Source: Eutreptiella sp. 'Long Island Sound 2002' (Eukaryota; Protista; Euglenida). From it: a DNA stretch of 64,000 nucleotides. A program made the position numbers and the translations under genes. The notes beneath the pieces were generated by a model that worked only from the letters and a program-made list of their open reading frames with translations, made no database searches and was not told the origin of the DNA. The stretch is taken from assembly GCA_964036045.1 (NCBI GenBank), contig OZ038378.1, positions 5,022,001-5,086,000 of the forward strand. Reading direction: 5' to 3'. This document shows positions 51,621 to 64,000 of the stretch, in pieces; the stretch's first letter is position 1, and every line of letters begins with the position of its first letter.

Positions 51621-52665
51621 GTCCAACACCCACCCCTTGTTAGGCGGTTACCCTAGGGACAATTGGACCATTTCCCCCGCTGTCACACACTCCGCTATGC
51701 TTTGGCTACTCCGGCCAGGTTGTCCACAGTTCTCATGGTTGCACTGCGTGTGCCGCCGTGCATCAAGTGCTCCTCTTACACTGCCAGCAACCCCCTGCCT
51801 TTGCTGGTTCTAGTGAGAAAGGGGACAACCACTCGACGTCTGCAAGGCCAAGGAGGCATTGATTGCCCATCAGCCGGTAGACAACCGCCCAAGACGGTCT
51901 GTTACACGGCACCTGCCATCAGCACACTGGCAGTCTCCCCGTCGGTCAACTGCCAAAGCACTGTCGGTTGGACATCAACCGCCGTCGCTCCACCAGGAGG
52001 CCATCAGGAGGACCACCCCCGCGAGGCCATGTGGTAGTGGAGGGCGCCCCCCCAAGACAGCAGGAGTGATGTAGCCATTTTTCCCACATGTGGGCCAAGT
52101 AGCCATTTCTGATTGTTGTTCCGGCGCTAAGCGTTGGGGACCCCCGATGCGGGGGGATGGGGGGTACGGGGTGGTGTGGAGGGTACGAGCGGGTTTACAA
52201 GGGCAGCTGGTAGACATGGTGCACATTTTGTAGACCTTGGGCAAACATGCCTTCTTCCAGGGCATAATCTGTAGACACCCTGCATAGGTGGTGCAGGCGT
52301 GAAGAGACGGCATGCAGGGTGGGGCGGAGAGCATCCTTGTTACAAAGGGGTGCATACATCCGCTTACCCGCGTAGGGTCTGTGGGCACTATGCATCCATG
52401 CACACACAGTTGTTGTTTGTAGAGACGGCACACATTTATCTGTGCAATCGTCTTCATCCTGTCGACTGCAGTTGTTTTGTGAATCAAAAAATGCCCCACG
52501 TTAGTTAATTTAAGATGCCCCGTCTAATACGCATTTAAGACTAATGTAAGACGCATGTAAGACGCATGTAAGATGCATGTAACACGCTTGCAAATCAAAG
52601 ACGCCCCGTCTTACAACACCTCTCAACAGCCGCTGCAATCTGAGCCTTAATCCTCGGGGGCACGG
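51621..52665 (+). repeat. Circularly permuted copy, order X(51621-52044)-Y(52045-52665)
   Basis: Same lengths as the first copy (X 424 bp, Y 621 bp). About a dozen substitutions by eye. Confidence 0.92.
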
Positions 52666-55003
52666 ATAGCTGTGAAGCTCAACGTACTTTAGACGCCGTT
52701 GGAATGAATGGAGATTATTTTGCCTGAGTGGTCTGTGGAGCAGCTGCAGCCGCTCCGACAGTCAGAATCGAAAGGTCTGAGCCATCATGTAGCATGGTTT
52801 GTAGTCGTAGCTCTCGCCAGAGGCCATGTGAATCACAAGACCAATATTTCTGGAGACAGAGGTGCCCAAACCCTAAACTCCCTTCCCTTTACAATAGATC
52901 CCACCATGGGTTTCCTGTCACAACCCCACTCCCCGAAGGGGGGTGCAACAAGGTCCACGAAGCCACCAAACACACCATCTTGACAGAAATGGCTGAAAGG
53001 TGCATGAGCTGTCGAGGGGTGTGCAGGCCAAACATGCATTGGGAAATATCTTCATTGCACAAAATAAGGATTGTACGAGGGCTAAAGGGTTTACACCCCC
53101 AATTTGAGCCCCTTGGGCTGTGGTAGGCGAATGGGCCCAAAATGGGGGAATGGTGTTTCCCATGATCTAAGAACCTGTGTGAGCAAGCCTCTGCGAGCAA
53201 GTCCACCTTGGAGAGAATTGGCTGCACGGCATGCCGCAAATGGCTAATAGTTTGAGCTATTGATGCAACTTACTTAAGCACTTTGCACTCGGCCCTGATG
53301 CAGAAAATATTTTGAATGTGATATTCGATGTTTGTGAGTGGTCATGATAACAAAAAAAACCAGTTGGAATTTTCCATTTTTGAGCTGTTGAGGCTGAAAA
53401 CTGCTGAGTGTTTCGCAACCCTTTAGACAGGTTGGATTGCGAATAATGTGATCATATAATCATGGTGGGATGCAAAATGCCATGTGGTGCAGCCCTACCT
53501 AGTGCTAGCCATGGCCGGTTTGAAAACTGGGAAATCAATATGTGCACTGGAAATAGGGATCAAATCGCAGTTTGCAGCCTCGACAGCTGTAAAATCAATA
53601 AACATAAAATTAATGCTTTCTATTGCAACCACTCACAATGATCAAATATCACATGTAAAGCATGTTTTACACCCTCTCTATGTGTTTTCCACTTGATGGG
53701 GCCATTGAATGCCTTAGGGTGGGGAGGGGGGGGGGATAAAGAGCGAGTAGCACACAGTCAATAAAGCCGCCAAAACTGCTTTCACCACTTAACTTAACAA
53801 AAATGATAGTTTTTGGTGCAAACAGTGATTTTTGCGTGTTACAAATGGACCATAGCTCTCAGATGGGATACCCTGAGGTACACAAAGCCACCAAACAGGC
53901 CATGTTAACAAAAATGGCTCAAACCTGCATGACCTCATCCCATACCACCTTAGTAAGCCCCACTCATCGAGGATCACACAAAATTCCAAAATCACAAAAT
54001 TGCAAAAGATTTGCAATCTTTTACCAAAAAAAAAAAGGTATCATTTTTTTTACTTTTTCTAGACACCTAGGCACCCCTACAAGTGGGTTTTGATTGGCAG
54101 GGGTCTAGGGGTGTGCGCCGGAAAACTTGGGGGGTACTTGCAATGGACAAAATAAGGATTTTTTTTTTAAAAAAAGGCTAAACCCCCAATTTAGCTCCTG
54201 AGGCTGTGGCATGCAAATGGGCCCAAAAGGGGGGGGGGGATGTGGTGTTTTGCATACACGCGAGCCCACACAGTGTTGAGCCCGCAACCGCTGCAAGGTT
54301 ATTCCTGTTCAAGCTGTCAAAAAATGGGGGTTTCATTTTTTAGACACCCTCCCTCCCTCGGTGTCACCCTCTAATGTGGGCGTTTCACAAGCAAACGAGA
54401 GTCACCCACCCCATGGGACGGCAAGTTCCAAAAAACGAGGCACACTGTGTTGCCGCACACATGATGAAGGCTGACAAGCCGTAGCCATCGCAAATGCAAG
54501 CCATCCCACCACCAAGGCCACTAGAGATGACCCACACCGATTGCCAAGGCCACTAGAGATGACCCACACCGATTGCAACAACCCCAACGAGGCACACCAA
54601 TAGCCCTCGGAAGAGCGAGTGGTTTAGCTGGTTTCCCGGACCCCTCCTTGTCCTGCTGAGACGGGCACAGAATAAGTCGAACAACCATCTGACGGGCGGG
54701 AGCACGCGGCCCCGCCCCCTGGTCTCCTCCAGGAAGGCAGCCCTAGAAAGACCCCTGCTAAACCAGAGCACCATGAGAGCACATGGCGGGTAATTGGGGG
54801 TGTGGGGCGTCCAGTGCCGAGCCTACATGAAATCCCGAGGAGGGCTGTCCTCCATGCCAATTGATGCCAACCACAGAATGCTGAAATCTGGGCTTGGTTC
54901 ACGTATCTTTTTGGAAATTACCTATTTTTGACCATTTGGGGCTTATGTCGAAATTCCCACGCTGTAACAGGCAGGCTACTATATGTTGGTGCGGCCTGGG
55001 ATG

Positions 55004-55057
55004 TGTCAATGCATGGATCAAAAGGTTGAATGTCAATGCATGGATCAAAAGGTTGAA
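55004..55057 (+). repeat. 27-bp tandem duplication
   Basis: TGTCAATGCATGGATCAAAAGGTTGAA twice. A 32-bp tandem duplication also lies at ~54512-54575. Confidence 0.85.
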
Positions 55058-55105
55058 AGGGTTGATGTGGACCAAAGAATACCATGGGCCGAAAAATTGC
55101 ATAAG

Positions 55106-55161
55106 CATCCCACGTGGTGTTGGAAATTGTTTGTTGAAATTTTCCAACACCACGTGGGATG
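55106..55161. repeat. Perfect 21-bp inverted repeat with a 14-nt loop
   Basis: CATCCCACGTGGTGTTGGAAA / TTTCCAACACCACGTGGGATG. Confidence 0.9.
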
Positions 55162-58100
55162 GACCCTACTTTGGTCTTGAAATGCCCCATTTTCAAGTGT
55201 TTTTCAATTTGTTGGGGGGAGGGGGGATAGGTCACCACATGTTCAAAATGGGCTAAAATCCCCGAGTATCAGTGCACAGTGCAAAACGTGTTCTCGCAGG
55301 CAGCCACAGGCACATGCGCACGTGGCAAGAAGAGCGATAAATTGTGTATTGAAGCGTCCAATACTCAGTGCTACATCTGCAGCACACACGACGCTGCATG
55401 CCTCTTGCATTGTCCTTTGCATACGGGCACACGTTCTGCATGTGTGGCCATATGTTTGACAAGCGATCCAGACAATGATGGACATGCGGATGGCATGGGT
55501 GTGCCATGCACCCACTGCGCAAACCCCCCAGCGCACCCCCCACACACCGTCTAGCAGGACGGACATCCTTCCGCTGCGCACATTGCAGAGGCCGGGCCAT
55601 GAGCCATTGGGAACTATCTTCAGTCGCAAATTGAAGGTTGTCGGCAGTGCACAGCACTGCCCACTGTAAACATCCACGTGTGCGAAAAACAAGGCATTTT
55701 TGGGGGCACGTAATCTCTCACTTGGCCATCAATAAAATGGGGGCGCTGTGAATATCCATCGACAGACCCTGTGTGACGGCTAAGGACTGCGTGGCTTGTT
55801 CCGGCGCCCAGCGCGCAGTGGGTGCCTGATGCAGACATCCCAAAACGGGTAAAAGGTGTTCGCAGGATAGAAGGGGATGGCCACAAGGGCTGAAATAGAG
55901 ACATGGAAGCGATGGGAGATGGGGGGGGGGCTTGTGGGAGAGATGCAACAACGAGGGTCAGAGGCAGAATGGAAATAGCAATGTTAGAGGGAGGGTGCAG
56001 GAGAGTGAAGTGGAAATGTCCAGGTGAGAAAATCACAAAGGGGGGAGGAGTAGAGTTGCACAAAGGCTGGTGGGGGGGCGGTCCACTGTGACCCGCCCAA
56101 ACCGTCGGGCCAGGGGATACTACAACAAAGATGGCTCAAAATGACCGCCTCGCTGCGCTGATCGCGATGAGCCATGGATGATGAGGAAAACTTGTTCGGC
56201 GGGCCCAGTCCCGAGTTGGCTCAGCGAAGACAGACTTTCAAACCGCCCGGGGGGTCGCAGCCACAGCCCACCCCCCGCCCCCCGCTCGAGAAAATGCTAA
56301 TACCTCTGTTGCCAACGTGTTGGGGACTTTTCTGAGTTGCTGAGAGACCAACAATCTGTCCACACCGAAAATCAGGGTAGCAGCCTCCAAAAGCTGAGTA
56401 ACGTCCACCAGAAGTTAGGGCAGTGCCCATCAACTTTATCACCAATGACCGGCACCACAACATGTGGATTGCCGTGCGTACCACCGGCTCTGTAACATCC
56501 ACCAACAACAGTTGGGCAACGTCCGCCCTTTTGGGTGGCAGGACGTCCAACACCAATATGAAGCCATGCACAAGTGCATGTCGATACGTGGCAACATTTC
56601 TCCTTTCCCCAGAGGAATAGGGCAATGGCTCGAGCCATTTTAATCAGAGCAGAGTACCGGGCATGTGGCTGGCCCTGCCACGGGGACAGCCCGCGGCTCT
56701 CGCCAGTCGCAGGGAAGTGCACAAGCACATACCTGTAGATCTGTGAAGGACAGGGGGCATGATCTATGCAAAGCATGCGAAGACGGTTGGAACAGACAGA
56801 CATGGGGAGGGCAGTGCATGCAGAACGAGACTGGCGGACCGTGCGCAGAAACAGGGCAGCCTGATCCTGCGCGGCCCACGAGGAATGTTTTGTACACGTG
56901 TAAACACACGTGTGAACACAAGTGCGTTCACATTTGCAATGGGGTCACGCAAGACGTGACCAATGGGCTTCAGCAGGAGTCCAGGAGTCCACATGGGCCC
57001 CCTGTGCTTACGCTACAGCTCCAAGATGCAATGGTCCTGGTCATCCCCAGGATGTGTGGGCCAATGTCCTCTTTTGGAATGGAGCTGAGCTGCGTGGGGC
57101 CGCTGGCAATATGTTAGGGCTGCAGCCAACGGCAGTCGAAGGTGCATCGACATGCCCCGACTTCGAAACCCAAAACGCGGAGGCTTCGAACAGAAAACAG
57201 AAGGGGATGATGTTAGTGGGTGTTTGTACACTTGTGCAAGTCCATGATGTCGCACCACAATGCCGCCGTCCACAAGCGGACCACCGCAGACCGTTTTACG
57301 CATGTTGGGCTCGGCGCCCAAACTTTGGTGGGGGTGCATAGCTGCTCTGACTTGGGCCGCTTGTGGGCTCATCAAATTTGATGGGGGAGCCGCTGTATGT
57401 GATCTTGGGATTGAAAGTTACCTGAACATCAAATTGTGAGCATGCACCAGTGCATTTGCGTCCTCAACCGAAATGTACCCCTTACAGCCCCCTGTGGAAG
57501 AGGCCTTGTCAGCACACATCCCCAGTGGAAGGGGCCTGCTCAGCACCGGAGGTTCTGTAAAGGCTGGAGGGGGAGGAAGCTGTCTCTTGATCACTAGGCC
57601 CAGGGAGGTGCTCCGTTTGCAGATCTGAAATCTGGTGTGGAGAGTCCAAATATGCAAAAGCCAGCCCTCAACAGAACAAGCTAGTGCTCAAAATGCTCAG
57701 AAGTTAATGCTGAATCCCAAGGGAAACAAATTAATTAAATCAATTTTAATCCACCTTGTCTTCTCATTTGGCAAGATGATGATGTGGTGGTTGGTATTTC
57801 TGTGTGAGGGCACATACACACACACACACACACACAGACACCTTGCACATGCCCACAAGCAGCCCTTCTTTCTGCAGACTGCACAACAGCCCCACTTCAA
57901 TAACTTCTCACGTTGACTTGTACCAAGGCATCAATTCCAGTTATGCGCAAACTGAAGTAGAATTACTACGTAACTCTTGGTTGCTGGGTCTCCTAGAGCA
58001 AAGAGGGCCAACACCCTAACCCCTCTGCAAACCCCCCCACCCAACACACACTTCTCAATCCCTCCCCCTGGCCCCCATACCCACGGCTAGCCCCCGCCCC

Positions 58101-60321
58101 CCCACAACCAGGTTTTGACAGATAGTTCCAGCTCCGGGGGCTGCTTGCATCTAAACTCTGCCAGAGGCATGGATGCCAAAGAGTATTAGCACTCCCTGGT
58201 GAAGTAAAAGACAACCCATACTTATTGGCATGGGCACCCATAGATGCTCTTGTGGGGTGGGTAGGGCTTTAAGACAATGGCAATACCATGCACATATCTT
58301 ACCCCGTATCAGTGGCATGGGCAGTGGTGCTGCCAATTCTCTTGATATGGGTGCTGTCACAGAAATTGTCAACAAATCCTGCACCAACAAGGCTGAGAAC
58401 AAGCAGGAACACAACTAATTATGCAAAAAGTATGATAGGTAAAATGCAAACTCATGAAACAAGAAACCAAGTACTGCATCTTCTACTTCATCACATAGTG
58501 GCGGCATGAACAAGACAACATGTCGGGATATCTACTAGATGCATTCAGGAGTGCATTTGCTATCCTCTCCAATAGGACATACTAGCTATATCAATCAAAA
58601 GAGAAACGTAGCATGTTGCGGTGCCCTGTTTTTGTCAATCATGGATACGCATGCCCTTTTTGCAAATCATGGACATGTGTGCAGTCAACCAGTGTTGGGG
58701 CATGGTACCTTGGATCTAGGTGTGATGCACCACCATGTAAAGGTCCCACTACAAGTCACTGGCAGTTATTAGCACAGGTGGGGGGGCCACTTTGCTTTTG
58801 GGTTGCTCAAGGGCGCTTCCACCTTGCACTACAACCACATAGGCAGGTTGCAGCGGAATCCTGTGTTTGGCTGATGTCCTATTGCATGAGGTTACACACA
58901 GCGTGCGCATCCCATGGTGAGTCACCAGCAAAGCATGGAAGGCATTCTTGGGAGGAACAGGGGTCTAGCTGTGGATTGGCTACCTTGAGGGCACGGAAGA
59001 AGGCAGACCATCTGCAGACCGCTGCAGCACGGAAACGTTCGAGGTCCCGTTGCGCACCGTGCATGTTTTCCCTTGCGTAGTACTCCTTCTACTGACGGAG
59101 TGCTTGAACGGCGTTTGGGTTGGCTGCCAGCAGCAGTGCTGGTTGCAGATGGCCAATGGCCTCAAGCTTGCAACCCCTGCCCTTCGTTGGATCTATAGCA
59201 CAGTGGCACGCCTCACTTTGCCGCAAATTCTAGCGCCACATGACCCAATCGCCCAAAAAGGCAAATGTGGTACCTCGCGAGCCCCAACTCGACCATTTTA
59301 CAAGAGCAGACACCATCATTTAGGCGTGGCACCCTTGCGGCCGCCTGCATGCGGGAATTCGTGGATGTTGGCTACAGTCTAGTTGATATTCAAGAAAGTA
59401 GGCACTAGGAGATTCATCTACCACGTGAGTTCGTGACGAGTATTCGGGGATCACATCTGGTGGCATATGCGAGTCGTGGTTCCTGTAGGTTGCTTGCCTC
59501 CAACATGTTGTGCTAAATACGTTGGGGTTGCCCTCACTAGCCCCAAATGGTGTCACTAAAAAAAAAGATCACCCTATCACCCCATGATCACCCTAGAATT
59601 TTGAATGTTGTCTAGCCACAAGTCTCAAGAGGTCTGCTAGTCATGCCGGAAAGGGCTATGTATGTTGACAACAAGCAAAGGGGGGTTTGCCTGTGCAGGG
59701 CCACAAGGATGGCTTTGGTGGATTGGCCAAGTCTAGGTAATTCGGTGACCTAGCATGCCGCAGTCCAAGCAACATAATGTGATCCTTCGGCGGAAACCAA
59801 CCTGCTGTATGGTAATGATCAGAAGCTCCGTGGCAGTGCTCTCCGCCAGTAAGTGACCCTAGCACTTCAAAGAGACGAGGGGACCAACGACATTGAAGGT
59901 TAGGATGGAGAGGTGCAATTTGTTCACCACATTGTCATCCTACTGCACCTATCCTTCTTTCTCCTATTCTACTTGACCTAGTGTCTTTCTGGCGCTGTTG
60001 TGTTTCTGGGCACATCAACGCACCGTGGACGACCCCACTGTTGTTTTGACAAGCTAGATGCTAGGCTCTAGGCCTCCGAGTGCCCCGCCGGTTGTCATGG
60101 GTTCAAATCTTGTTGATGATGTCCCTTGTCACCTCACTCCGAGTTACTACTCTCCGAGCCTGAGCTCCGACCCCTCCTGCTACTTGCATGGACCCAAAAC
60201 ACAACTAAGTGAACCCGCAAGACCATGGTTTGCACCACAGCGGGCATATTGAGTGCACCCGTGGCACTACTCCCACCTATGGGCCTTCACTAGAATTTTT
60301 CGGATTGATCTGTGAGTCCTT

Positions 60322-62577
60322 TTGCCCAACACGTTTGCCTTTGTTCAGCCCGCTATGCTGAATCTTGCTGCGACATGGCAATTTCTCAATGATCGGGCCG
60401 CATTCCATAGCCCACGTGTGCACCTGTGGAATTTAGAGAGGAGATTACTTCCCGTCTCTAACAACATGTACCCGCATCAGTCAGTTGAGTTAGCTCCCAG
60501 GGCATGCCCCAGTTTGAACTGCCGCCAGTTGGGGTTTGTTGCAGCAAGCATCAATTGACGCATGCTTCTCCACTGAGGTCAAAGAGGACATAAATAAATA
60601 AATATTGGAAGTTTGCTCATCAAGCTTCCTATGCACCCGGTTTAAAAGAAGCAAGGCCTTGGTTGATCAATGTCAAATTCTTTCCACCAAATTGGACACA
60701 TTTGATGAGATTATGGAGAATTGTGCCATTGGATTGCAAATGGATGGTGGCAAGGACATCAATCAACGCAAACTGCAACATGTTTCATGTTTGAGAATGC
60801 ATGTTTGCTACAGGGGGGAAAAATTTTAAGAGGTTTTTTTTTCGGACGACCAAAATTAAGGGGGTAAAAAATTGGTATTGCTCCTTAGAAATGAAGGAAA
60901 AATTTGGTATGCGGCCCCTTGCTGCTACTTCCTAGTGGATGTTCATTGTGGATTCCGGCTGGGCTCTGGATGGTTGCTGTTATTTCCTGGTGGGCTCTGG
61001 ATGGTTACTGATATTTCCTCACTTGCCAATTGCTCAGCCTGCTAGATGTACACCAACGTCCACGGCAGTGCGGACCTACAGAGAACACAGTGTCAATCGA
61101 CACCGCGTCTCATCTCTATGTTACCTTCCCTCCCAGGTGCAGGTGCAGGCACAGTGCAGGCAGGGGGGCATAAATACGACGTTCAGGTGACGTTCAGATG
61201 CCATGCAGATGTGCAGACATAAAAAAGGCCAAAAAAAGCGAAGCAAAAAACATACCCTAAGCTGGGTTTGAGCCCAGGACCCTTAGACCCAGAACCTAGC
61301 GCAACTACCAACTAAGCTACATCACGATCTGGCAGAACTGTAACATCAGAGTGAAAAAAAAAAGGTGTCGTTATGGCACCCCCTGACTCAATATGGCACA
61401 AAGAATCCTTAAAATTGAAGGAAATATTTGGTACGAGGGAGGGCTTCGAAATTTGTCCAAACAACTTTTCCCCGCGCCCAAATTTCCCCCCCCCCTGTAT
61501 TGGAGATGTTTGACACCAAACTTGAAGTTCCAGACGAGGAGCAATATGAAAAAGCACATCACACAGATTGCCTCATGGTTCACTAAGAAGTGCTTTGTTG
61601 TCAGCGTTACTGTGGACGATGAGGCTTCACCAAATGCCATTATTGACTGGGCCATTGAATCGGTGTCCTGCAGACTGCATTTGATTCGTTTCCGGTGTAG
61701 CTTTAACACATTGGAGGTAATGATTGAGAGTATTGCATGCACTTTTTTGGGGGTGTACACTTGTGTGGAGAAGTTGAAGGGTGCCACTAACACCATCCAA
61801 AATCACAAATGATTTTCAAAGGCACTGAATGACATGCAAAAGGCCAATCATGTGCATTAGTGTTGTTTCACATATCAAATACTCGGAAATGGTCTTTTGG
61901 ATTTCTGTTCACATGTTGTGGTCTCCAATTGTGCCAATATATTGATATTATCGTGGCAAACCCCAGCTCCTCTTCTGATCAATATCCCATTGATTGGAAG
62001 ACAGCTGAGCTGAAGCGTGGTTGCATGGCTCAATTTCATATGCAACGTGATGGTTCCAATGCTTTGCACTTGTGTTTCTGTTGGAACAAAATTTACAAGT
62101 ATATTGGCTCTTTGGAGCAAGTTCCTGTGAACAGCATGGCAGACGATGCTGCCATAGCACTCCATGATGCTTTGCGTAAACAAGATAAATTGATAAGGTC
62201 CTGGTGTGTTTCATGTGTTCTCTGCCTTGTGGCTTGAACCAGATGTGCCAATTACTGACCGTGGCAAGATTGTGAATGAGTTCCGTTCTTGGTTGGCCAA
62301 CAATGGGATGAGTGGTAAAATTTTCCCAAAGCTACTGCTTCGCCAAAGGACATTGTTGGCCCTAATACCAAAGGAGGAATTCCGGCTCTGTGTCACTGCC
62401 CAGTTCCAGTTGAACATACACATTGCAGGTTCTAGCCCCACTCCAACATTGGCTCAAGATGCTTTCAAACACAGCGCATGCAAGGTTGAGGTACTCCGTT
62501 ATGCTGGTGATCCCCTGCCAAGTCAGAAGAAGAAGACCGAGAGGTCAAATGTATTCAACGTCTGGCTATCGGCATGA
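60322..62577 (+). pseudogene. Fossil hAT-family transposase, interrupted and frameshifted
   Basis: GLQMDGGKDINQRKL (first Asp, DUF659-like), SVTVDDEASPN and RCSFNTLEVMI (D and degenerate CxxH), NTRKWS (TRWxS-like), TERSNVF (hATC SER-like), in the expected order. Confidence 0.5.
61255..61325 (-). pseudogene. tRNA-like pseudogene or SINE head
   Basis: Minus strand GTGATGTAGCTTAGTTGGTAGTTGCGCTAGGTTCTGGGTCTAAGGGTCCTGGGCTCAAACCCAGCTTAGGG: good A box, degenerate B box, partial anticodon stem, poor acceptor stem. Followed by T runs. Confidence 0.5.
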
Positions 62578-63314
62578 TGCAGCTCTTGAATTGCCCAAAA
62601 TCTTTGTTATTTATTCTGTGGGTTGCCATGCTTGTGCAACCAAGGCAGCCACAGAGTGGGCCTTCTTAGCTGAGGGCATGGCACGTGATTTCTAAACTCC
62701 TTGGATCCAAGTGATGTGAATTGCCAAGATCCGTTGGAATTTTGAGATAGTGAAGCAGCTTCGGATCCGCTCTGGTCGTACTTCTGCAGAGGCAATTGAC
62801 TACCAGGACATCGTGAGTGAAGAGGAGTAGGTGTTCCATCGACAATCCTCTGCTTTTCCATGCATGTTGGGGCACCGCTTGTCATTACTGCCTCCAGATG
62901 CACAATCCTGTGTGGCGCCCCTGTGCGCCTTGGTGAGCCAGGGCCAGAGGGAAAACACAGGCCGACCACTGACCGCTGTCGGTTGCCGACGATGAAGCGG
63001 CAAACTGCTGTCGGCACCCACCGCCGTCAGTGGCTTCGCTGGACCAAAGGCCGCACACAAAAACCCACTTGCGCCGCATCTTTTGAGGTGACTGCCACGG
63101 CAACGGCCTAAACTCCCCCCAACACAAAAACAATCGAAATGAGCATCACACACAACAGACGCCAGGCCCCTGCATCTCCTGCCAAAAGCCGCGCTGCGCC
63201 TGCGCCACATGCCTCCCCTGCGCCACATGCCTCCCCTGTGCCACATGCCTCCACAGCAAACGGCGCAGATCATGACCACAGCCCTGACCCACGCAGGAGA
63301 GGGCGGGGCCGTAC

Positions 63315-63870
63315 CTCTTTGAGGGACCTGGACATCGAAGACCCGGACGTGGGCTCGTCCTCATGTGCGGGGCCGCTGCGGCTGCTGCTGCCCATGGGCA
63401 CGTCATCAATGGACTTGCTATGGCTCGAGGAAAACACTCCGTCAAGGGTGTTGTGCTTGTGGTCACGGGCGGACCCGCTGCCAGAGGGTTTGGGTTTGCT
63501 GTCGAAGGTCAAATCGAGCTCATGAAACTCGGCTCTGCGAACGAAGGCGCGGTGCGCACCACCTCCTCGGGCACAATCACAGGGGCCGGTGCCCCCAGAG
63601 CCGTGGGCCCGTCAAGTGCCTCAAAGGCACGCGCGCCGGCAAAGAACTGAGTGCCTGACCCGCTCAGCGCTGGCCGTTGGAGCACCAGGAGTGGCACCAG
63701 CGGTTGAAAGAGGGGCGCAGGGGGGCACGCTGAGCCCCGCTCCCTCTTGTGCAGCCCCCGGGACCTTCGGGCTGTCCGCTGCTCTGCAGCCCGGAGAGCA
63801 TAGGAGCCTACTGACCTTCATCAAGCAGATCGGAGGAGCCGGGGCACCGGCTTCGTGATGCGGCCGTCTG
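63315..63870 (-). CDS. Probable exons of a Ser-rich hypothetical gene continuing beyond the window
   Basis: AG/GT-bounded open segment AEFHELDLTFDSKPKPSGSGSARDHKHNTLDGVFSSSHSKSIDD..RSLKE|gtacgg. No domain recognised. Confidence 0.3.
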
Positions 63871-64000
63871 GAGGGTGATCAGATCAAACCGCACCTCCTT
63901 TGCGCATGCCTTAGCGATGGTGCGGGGGGGGGGGTGGGGGAAGGGTATGGTGCCCTACTGGACTGGCTACTGCTCTCTGCTGGATTCCCTTTTCTGGGCG

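Noticed and set aside
54645-54700. CTGCTGA-GAC..GTC-GAAC as a hammerhead ribozyme
   Set aside because: Two core positions are wrong, and there is no valid NUH/stem I arrangement.
55279-55440. CYICSTHDAACLLHC as a piggyBac C-terminal Cys-rich domain
   Set aside because: Spacing only loosely fits and there is no upstream DDD transposase signal.

Overview
Repeat-rich eukaryotic genomic DNA, with no sign of prokaryotic gene organisation. Spliceosomal GT-AG introns, trans-splice-like acceptors just upstream of start codons, a bipartite plastid-targeting-like N-terminus and TTAGGG repeats suggest a photosynthetic euglenid (inference). Host genes, all on the minus strand: a multi-exon gene joining three CxxC..H..CxxC zinc fingers to an atypical TKL-type kinase (34120-24904), a 3-exon putative plastid-targeted hypothetical protein (50736-48206), and scattered exons of at least one more gene. 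The rest is mostly mobile DNA. (1) A gag-like + tyrosine-recombinase module with no RT, between 628-bp direct repeats (7227-10166). (2) Two divergent Penelope-like elements, one with an N-terminal GIY-YIG, whose ORFs are bounded by (TG)n; both carry FRDN instead of YxDD and are followed by a module with a hammerhead-like motif. (3) Non-coding ~1.16-kb units with 13-bp subterminal inverted repeats, delimited by TTAGGG arrays. (4) A 1045-bp segment duplicated in circularly permuted order, the signature of a circular DNA intermediate. There are also MITEs, LINE and hAT fossils, and microsatellites.
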